DNA from: Octopus bimaculoides
Taxonomy: Eukaryota
Assembly: GCF_001194135.2 (NCBI RefSeq)
Contig: NC_068985.1
Coordinates: 46,422,761-46,459,369, forward strand
Length of the DNA: 36,609 bases
Reading direction: 5' to 3'
This document shows positions 34,755-36,609 of the stretch, in pieces; within the stretch, counting starts at the first letter, position 1; each line of letters begins with the position of its first letter. A model generated the notes under the pieces. The model was not told where the DNA came from. It ran no database searches and worked only from the letters and a program-made list of their open reading frames with translations. A program made the translations under genes and the position numbers.

Positions 34755-35273
34755 NNNNNNNNNNNNNNNNNNNNNNNNNNNNNNNNNNNNNNNNNNNNNN
34801 NNNNNNNNNNNNNNNNNNNNNNNNNNNNNNNNNNNNNNNNNNNNNNNNNNNNNNNNNNNNNNNNNNNNNNNNNNNNNNNNNNNNNNNNNNNNNNNNNNNN
34901 NNNNNNNNNNNNNNNNNNNNNNNNNNNNNNNNNNNNNNNNNNNNNNNNNNNNNNNNNNNNNNNNNNNNNNNNNNNNNNNNNNNNNNNNNNNNNNNNNNNN
35001 NNNNNNNNNNNNNNNNNNNNNNNNNNNNNNNNNNNNNNNNNNNNNNNNNNNNNNNNNNNNNNNNNNNNNNNNNNNNNNNNNNNNNNNNNNNNNNNNNNNN
35101 NNNNNNNNNNNNNNNNNNNNNNNNNNNNNNNNNNNNNNNNNNNNNNNNNNNNNNNNNNNNNNNNNNNNNNNNNNNNNNNNNNNNNNNNNNNNNNNNNNNN
35201 NNNNNNNNNNNNNNNNNNNNNNNNNNNNNNNNNNNNNNNNNNNNNNNNNNNNNNNNNNNNNNNNNNNNNNNNN

Positions 35274-35309
<36 letters not shown>

Positions 35310-35359
35310 TTTATATATATATATGTATGTATATATATATTTATATATATATATGTATG

Positions 35360-35399
<40 letters not shown>

Positions 35400-35461
35400 T
35401 TTATATATATATATGTATGTATATATATATTTATATATATATATGTATGTATATATATATT

Positions 35462-35501
<40 letters not shown>

Positions 35502-35580
35502 TATGTATGTATATATATATTTATATATATATATATTTTCATATATATATATAAATATTTATATATATATATATATATAT
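35274..35580. repeat. TA-derived minisatellite (unit of about 30 bp) next to a 519-N gap
   Basis: The repeated unit atgtatgtatatatatatttatatatatat is seen as [10 protein letters not shown] periodicity in the ORF track. Confidence 0.85.
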
Positions 35581-35984
35581 AAATTCCAAAAACGGAATAG
35601 GAACATAATGGATGACAATAAAAACATACGTACCAGTATACAATAGAAAGACAAACAGGAAATAAAAAGAAAGAGCATTTGTGACCCTCTATTCATCAGT
35701 CAAGCTTCCAATCATCATTACAGTCTCGGCCTGTTACACTTGAGACTGTTTAAAATTGGTAGGCCCCAAAGATCTTAGCTAAGATTATTAAATTTTTTAA
35801 AGAAAGCAAGCGAATGTGTACAATACACGTAGAGTAAAAAAACAAGAAAACGGAGAAAATGTTACAAGATTACACATATAAACAACAAGAGAATAACAAC
35901 ATATATATGAGTGTGTTTGTGTGTGTGTATTATGAATGTTGGGTGTGCTCTAATGTATTAGCATCTTAATCATTTAATACATCA

Positions 35985-36132
35985 AGTGTATTCAAGTTCT
36001 GCTGAGGTCAACTTTACCTTTCATCCTTTTGGGGGTCGTTGAATAAGTACTTGTTGAGTACTGGGTTGATTTAATCTGCTTACTCTCTCCCCCAAACTTG
36101 GTGGCCCTGGACCAAGATTTGAAGCCAATATT
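35985..36132 (+). mobile_element. SINE family B 3' two-thirds
   Basis: gaggtcaactttacctttcatccttttgggggtcgttgaataagtac...cccaaacttggtggccctggaccaagatttgaa. Confidence 0.75.
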
Positions 36133-36574
36133 TTGAGTTTACTTTTGCCTGTGGTAGTCTTGGGGTAATTTTCCTCACTCTGAACTTTTTGTCTGCTTTT
36201 TACTTGAATGCTTCATTGGAGAAATAAAACTCTTTCCCAGGAGGAGAGCAGAAACTTCTCCTTGCATATTTCATACCATTTCTGTTGGAGGAGATGGCAA
36301 CCCATGTATTTGTCTATCACCTCTCTCACATTAGCATATTGGCATGTTACTGACACATGGTTCAGAAATTGTAAGCAAGACCTTATACTAGTCAGTCAAA
36401 CTTGTAAGGAAGTCACTCTAATGCCATCATATTATTAATCAGTTTAGCACCTTAATAACATACCAGCCTCCTGTCTGTAAAACTACAGCTATAATAACAT
36501 ATCTTTCTTTCTCACTTTCTATTTGTTATATGGATGTGCTTACTTTTATTTGTCTATTTGTCATGTCTGTCTAT

Positions 36575-36609
<35 letters not shown>

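Noticed and set aside
34616-35646. Longest ORFs in the track (280-312 aa)
   Set aside because: Artefacts of N gaps plus (TA)n, which contains no stop codons. The same applies to the ORFs at 1216-2139, 9218-9581 and 27680-28028.
1-36609. Prokaryote-type systems (CRISPR arrays, operons, defence islands)
   Set aside because: No regularly spaced direct repeats with unique spacers and no dense ORFs. The architecture is a spliceosomal intron with eukaryotic TEs.

Overview
AT-rich eukaryotic genomic DNA from a gapped short-read scaffold, with six N gaps mostly next to microsatellites. The repeat families (two tRNA-derived SINEs and a (GAT)n-tailed retroposon) look like those of Octopus. That assignment is inferred from recalled sequence resemblance and was not searched. 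Only one host coding feature is supported: a 96-nt phase-0/0 exon at 8919-9014 (+) encoding EVILHRDNNEKLGLTLCYGSLDDDMTDIFIGE, the N-terminal part of a PDZRN3/PDZRN4 (LNX3/4, Drosophila Slip1)-type PDZ domain. No neighbouring exon was found, so the rest appears to be intron (at least 8.9 kb upstream, at least 27.6 kb downstream). That intron contains SINEs, piggyBac-like (TTAA) and hAT-like MITEs, decayed CR1 and RTE LINE reverse transcriptases, and microsatellites. Almost all ORFs in the track are low-complexity or repeat artefacts. I see no convincing novel multi-gene system. The best leads are two long near-perfect intronic hairpins (one with a visible template-switch origin), closely spaced inverted repeat pairs (candidate ADAR or small-RNA substrates), a four-layer nested insertion, and two decayed reading frames I cannot assign to any family.
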